Source: an uncultured Alphaproteobacteria bacterium (lineage in GTDB: Bacteria; Pseudomonadota; Alphaproteobacteria; Rs-D84; CACZYB01). Taken from it: a DNA stretch of 64,000 nucleotides. Position 1 is the first letter of the stretch. Each line of letters starts with the position of its first letter. A program made the translations under genes and the position numbers. Below, one piece after another: positions 61,244 through 64,000 of the stretch. The notes beneath the pieces were generated by a model, which was not told the origin of the DNA, did no database searches, and was given only the letters and a program-made list of their open reading frames with translations. Location of the stretch: positions 14,507 through 78,506 of the forward strand of contig CALXQL010000007.1 in assembly GCA_944390685.1 (NCBI GenBank), written 5' to 3'.

Positions 61244-61924
61244 ATGCAAAAAATAGAAAAACTAAAAGAAACAATGCCATATCATTTATATGATGATAGG
61301 TATATATATTATTTTACTAAAAATTCATTAAGAATTATTAATTATGTGAACCCACTTGATGTTGTGGAATATCAATTGGATAAAGATGAAATTTTTATTG
61401 ATGCTTTTGTATTAAATACAAAAACAAAGGAAATGGTTGATTTCAATATTTACTCTTCTTTTGGTATAAAAGATAGTTTCCCAGATGTATTTAAAACACT
61501 TATAAAGAGTAGGGATATAGAAATATTGAAAAGTAATAATATGCTAAAAATAATTGATAAAGAAAGTCAAAAAATAATCGCAAAAATTAAAAATGGATTA
61601 TTGGAATATCTTGATTTATTAAATACAAAAACCATAGGTGATAATTTCTTATTTATTAATAATAGTTTGAAAAAACTCACTGCAAATTTTGTGGATAATA
61701 TTGGTGAAAATTTTTTATTTTCAAATAATACATTAAAAAAAGCTCAATTTGAAATGTTAAAAAAAATTGATGATAACTTCCTTGAAAATAATTATTCTAT
61801 AAGGAGTATATATGCACCATTATTACAAGATTATCCTGAAAGATTTAAGCGGGTAATTATACATAGAGCAAATAAATATTTAAGACATAGCTTATTAACA
61901 AAAGCAACCTTATATCAAAAATAA
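61244..61924 (+). CDS. Hypothetical protein with BspA-like leucine-rich repeats
   Basis: Tandem units IGDNFLFINNSLKKL / IGENFLFSNNTLKKA / IDDNFLENNYSI. Confidence 0.4.
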   Translation: MQKIEKLKETMPYHLYDDRYIYYFTKNSLRIINYVNPLDVVEYQLDKDEIFIDAFVLNTKTKEMVDFNIYSSFGIKDSFPDVFKTLIKSRDIEILKSNNMLKIIDKESQKIIAKIKNGLLEYLDLLNTKTIGDNFLFINNSLKKLTANFVDNIGENFLFSNNTLKKAQFEMLKKIDDNFLENNYSIRSIYAPLLQDYPERFKRVIIHRANKYLRHSLLTKATLYQK

Positions 61925-61928
61925 AAAT

Positions 61929-61951
61929 CCTCCCGAATGGGAGGTTTTTTT
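61929..61951. terminator. Bidirectional terminator between the LRR gene and the sensor kinase
   Basis: CCTCCC-GAAT-GGGAGG, then T7. Confidence 0.5.
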
Positions 61952-63317
61952 ATTTAAGTGGAAGTTCAATTTTTACTAATAATCCCCCTAATTTTTTTCC
62001 ATCAAGAAGAGAAATTTCCCCACCATGTTGATGTATGATTTCTTGAACTATTGAAAGTCCCAAACCAACCCCACCTGTGGAAGAATTTCTTGAATCTTCT
62101 AAACGAGTAAAAGGCTTCAACATATCATCTCTTTTATCAGCCGGTATACCATTACCATTATCTTCAATGAATATGTTAAGAGCTTCAGGATCTTTCTTTA
62201 TATCAATTATGATTTTTTTATTTGAATACCTTATTGCATTTGTAATTATATTTGCAATGGCTCTTTCAAATGCAGAAGGTCTAATCACGGCAAAATAACT
62301 ACGATTCGTATTGACTACTATATCATAGTTTCCTTTATTTAATTTTCTTACTACATTTTTAATGAGCGAAGTGATATTTGTTCTTTGAGATTGTTCTGGA
62401 ATATTACCCTTTGCATAATCTAAGTAAGAGTTAATCATTTTTTCCATATCTTCAATATCATTTAATAAAGCATATTGCAAATCTTTATCATCACAAAATT
62501 CCAATTCCAATTTCATACGAGTTAAAGGAGTCTTTAAATCATGAGAAATACCGGATAACATATTTGTTCTTGATTTCAAATAACGTTGCATACGATTATA
62601 TGTTTTGATGAAAGCTTTACCAGCATCTCTTATTTGAATTGGACCGGTAGGATTAAAGTTTTTAATTTCTTCACCACGTCCAGCTTTTTCAAGAGCATCG
62701 GTTAAATTTTTAATAGATTTAACTTGGTTTTTTGCAAAAGGTATAGCAATAGCCAAGAAAATAATTATGCCACCAATAGTCCATAAAAAGAATATATAAA
62801 TAGTTTTTGAAAAAACTGATTTAAGAGTTGAACTTATGACCAAAACACCATTTGGATATTGGATTCTAATTTCCAAAAGATTACTATCTTCGGACGCAAA
62901 AAGAGAATAAGGATATTTAATATTTTGATTTAAAAATCTTCTTATATATCTAAGAGATAAATGATCCAATCTTTTTGAATATTTAGGTTGTTTAATTTTT
63001 TCATTTTCCAAAAATTCAATATCCATGGAATAATTTTTCTTAACCATTTTTTGTGTTTCAATAAAATCCTCCTCGGTTTTATCTTCCGCCTTTAAATCCA
63101 TGATGGTAAGAACATTACCGGCAAAAATGGTTGCACTTTGATTTGAAATATTTTTCCAATGTCTTTTATAAAAAATATAACCACTTAATACTTGTGATAA
63201 AAGTAAAGGAAGTATTATAAGTATAAGCATTCTAGCCATAATTCCTTTTGGGAAATATGTTCTAATTTCAAAAATATGTTTTAGTTTATTTAACATTGGT
63301 GTCTCCTTATACAACAA
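61950..63317 (-). CDS. EnvZ-like sensor histidine kinase
   Basis: Two TM segments, H-box LSGISHDLKTPL, G2 box GGVGLGLSIV. Confidence 0.85.
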   Translation of the reverse strand: MLYKETPMLNKLKHIFEIRTYFPKGIMARMLILIILPLLLSQVLSGYIFYKRHWKNISNQSATIFAGNVLTIMDLKAEDKTEEDFIETQKMVKKNYSMDIEFLENEKIKQPKYSKRLDHLSLRYIRRFLNQNIKYPYSLFASEDSNLLEIRIQYPNGVLVISSTLKSVFSKTIYIFFLWTIGGIIIFLAIAIPFAKNQVKSIKNLTDALEKAGRGEEIKNFNPTGPIQIRDAGKAFIKTYNRMQRYLKSRTNMLSGISHDLKTPLTRMKLELEFCDDKDLQYALLNDIEDMEKMINSYLDYAKGNIPEQSQRTNITSLIKNVVRKLNKGNYDIVVNTNRSYFAVIRPSAFERAIANIITNAIRYSNKKIIIDIKKDPEALNIFIEDNGNGIPADKRDDMLKPFTRLEDSRNSSTGGVGLGLSIVQEIIHQHGGEISLLDGKKLGGLLVKIELPLK

Positions 63318-63993
63318 ATTTATAGCCTTTATTTCTAATAGTTAAAATGATTTCAGGTGTTTTAATATCATTTTCAATTTTTTTTCTAATTCTTGTTATG
63401 ATGACATCAACACCTCTTTCATCATTGATATTTAAAAACTTTGCGATATCTTCACGTGAAATAATTTGATTTTTATTTGATATAAAAAAGGAAATTATTT
63501 TTTGTTCAACATCGGTAAGTTTAATAATTTCATTTTGTTTTTTTAAAATGCCATTATCTATATTATATTGATAATTGGAAAAATGAAATATTTTTTTATC
63601 AGTATTTTTTTGATTTATTCTTTTTAAAATATTTTTAATTCTTAATAATAATTCTTTCGGTTCAAAAGGTTTTGATAAATAATCATCAGCCCCATTTGAT
63701 AATACATCAATTTTACTTTCAATATCATTTACGGCAGTTAACATTATGATAGGAGTATCAATATATTGATTGCGAATATCCTTAATGAAATCCAATCCAT
63801 TTTTAATGGGCATCATTTTATCCACTACAATTAAATCAAAAGAAATATATTGAATAAGTTCTTGAGCTTTTAAAGCATTTTCAGCAAGGGATACAAGGAA
63901 ACCTTCCTTTTTTAAAAATTTTTTTAAAAGAGTCCTTATTCTATCATCATCATCAATAACCAAAATATGTGCGATATAAGGATTACTATCCAT
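63307..63993 (-). CDS. OmpR-family response regulator
   Basis: Receiver domain (ILVIDDDDRIRTLL) and winged-helix C-terminus (NKGYKFVV). It overlaps the kinase gene start. Confidence 0.85.
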   Translation of the reverse strand: MDSNPYIAHILVIDDDDRIRTLLKKFLKKEGFLVSLAENALKAQELIQYISFDLIVVDKMMPIKNGLDFIKDIRNQYIDTPIIMLTAVNDIESKIDVLSNGADDYLSKPFEPKELLLRIKNILKRINQKNTDKKIFHFSNYQYNIDNGILKKQNEIIKLTDVEQKIISFFISNKNQIISREDIAKFLNINDERGVDVIITRIRKKIENDIKTPEIILTIRNKGYKFVV

Positions 63994-64000
63994 TACTTAT

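Noticed and set aside
1-64000. CRISPR arrays and rRNA genes
   Set aside because: No regularly spaced direct repeats and no rRNA-like conserved stretches were seen anywhere in the window.

Overview
Very AT-rich (about a quarter to 30% G+C by eye) gene-dense bacterial chromosome segment. Gene content and order (sspB, lptE-holA, kdsB, tspO, str/S10/spc/alpha operons with secY-adk, fusA directly followed by rpsJ with no tuf) point to a proteobacterium, most like a reduced-genome alphaproteobacterium (Rickettsiales/Holosporales-like). That lineage call is inference. Housekeeping backbone: partial AddA-like helicase, glgP, mnmE, sspB, nusB, lepA, birA, a 30-gene ribosomal protein/secY/adk/rpoA block, pyrG, a SIMPL/BP26-like protein, tspO, kdsB, polA, tgt, rluB-like, holA, lptE, aroK, tRNA-Tyr, glgX, lon, and an EnvZ/OmpR-like two-component pair. 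The main accessory feature is an integrative island of about 11.7 kb (6089..17814). It is bounded by an 8-bp direct repeat and has split a minus-strand tRNA(CAU) gene at the anticodon loop. The two halves of that gene lie at 6051..6096 and 17807..17845. The island carries its own intact tRNA(CAU), a tyrosine integrase, tandem TTTTGACA(C/T) motifs near both ends, a single-chain type IIG-like restriction-modification enzyme followed by a cytoplasmic trypsin-like protease, a convergent DUF262 plus HEPN-like gene pair, a three-gene operon of unknown function, and decaying cargo (one frameshift, one in-frame stop). A second accessory feature is a compact phage-type lysis module (holin-like, spanin-like overlapping pair, GH24 endolysin) directly after lon. 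It is followed by one of two paralogous TbpB-type surface lipoproteins. No rRNA genes or CRISPR arrays are present.
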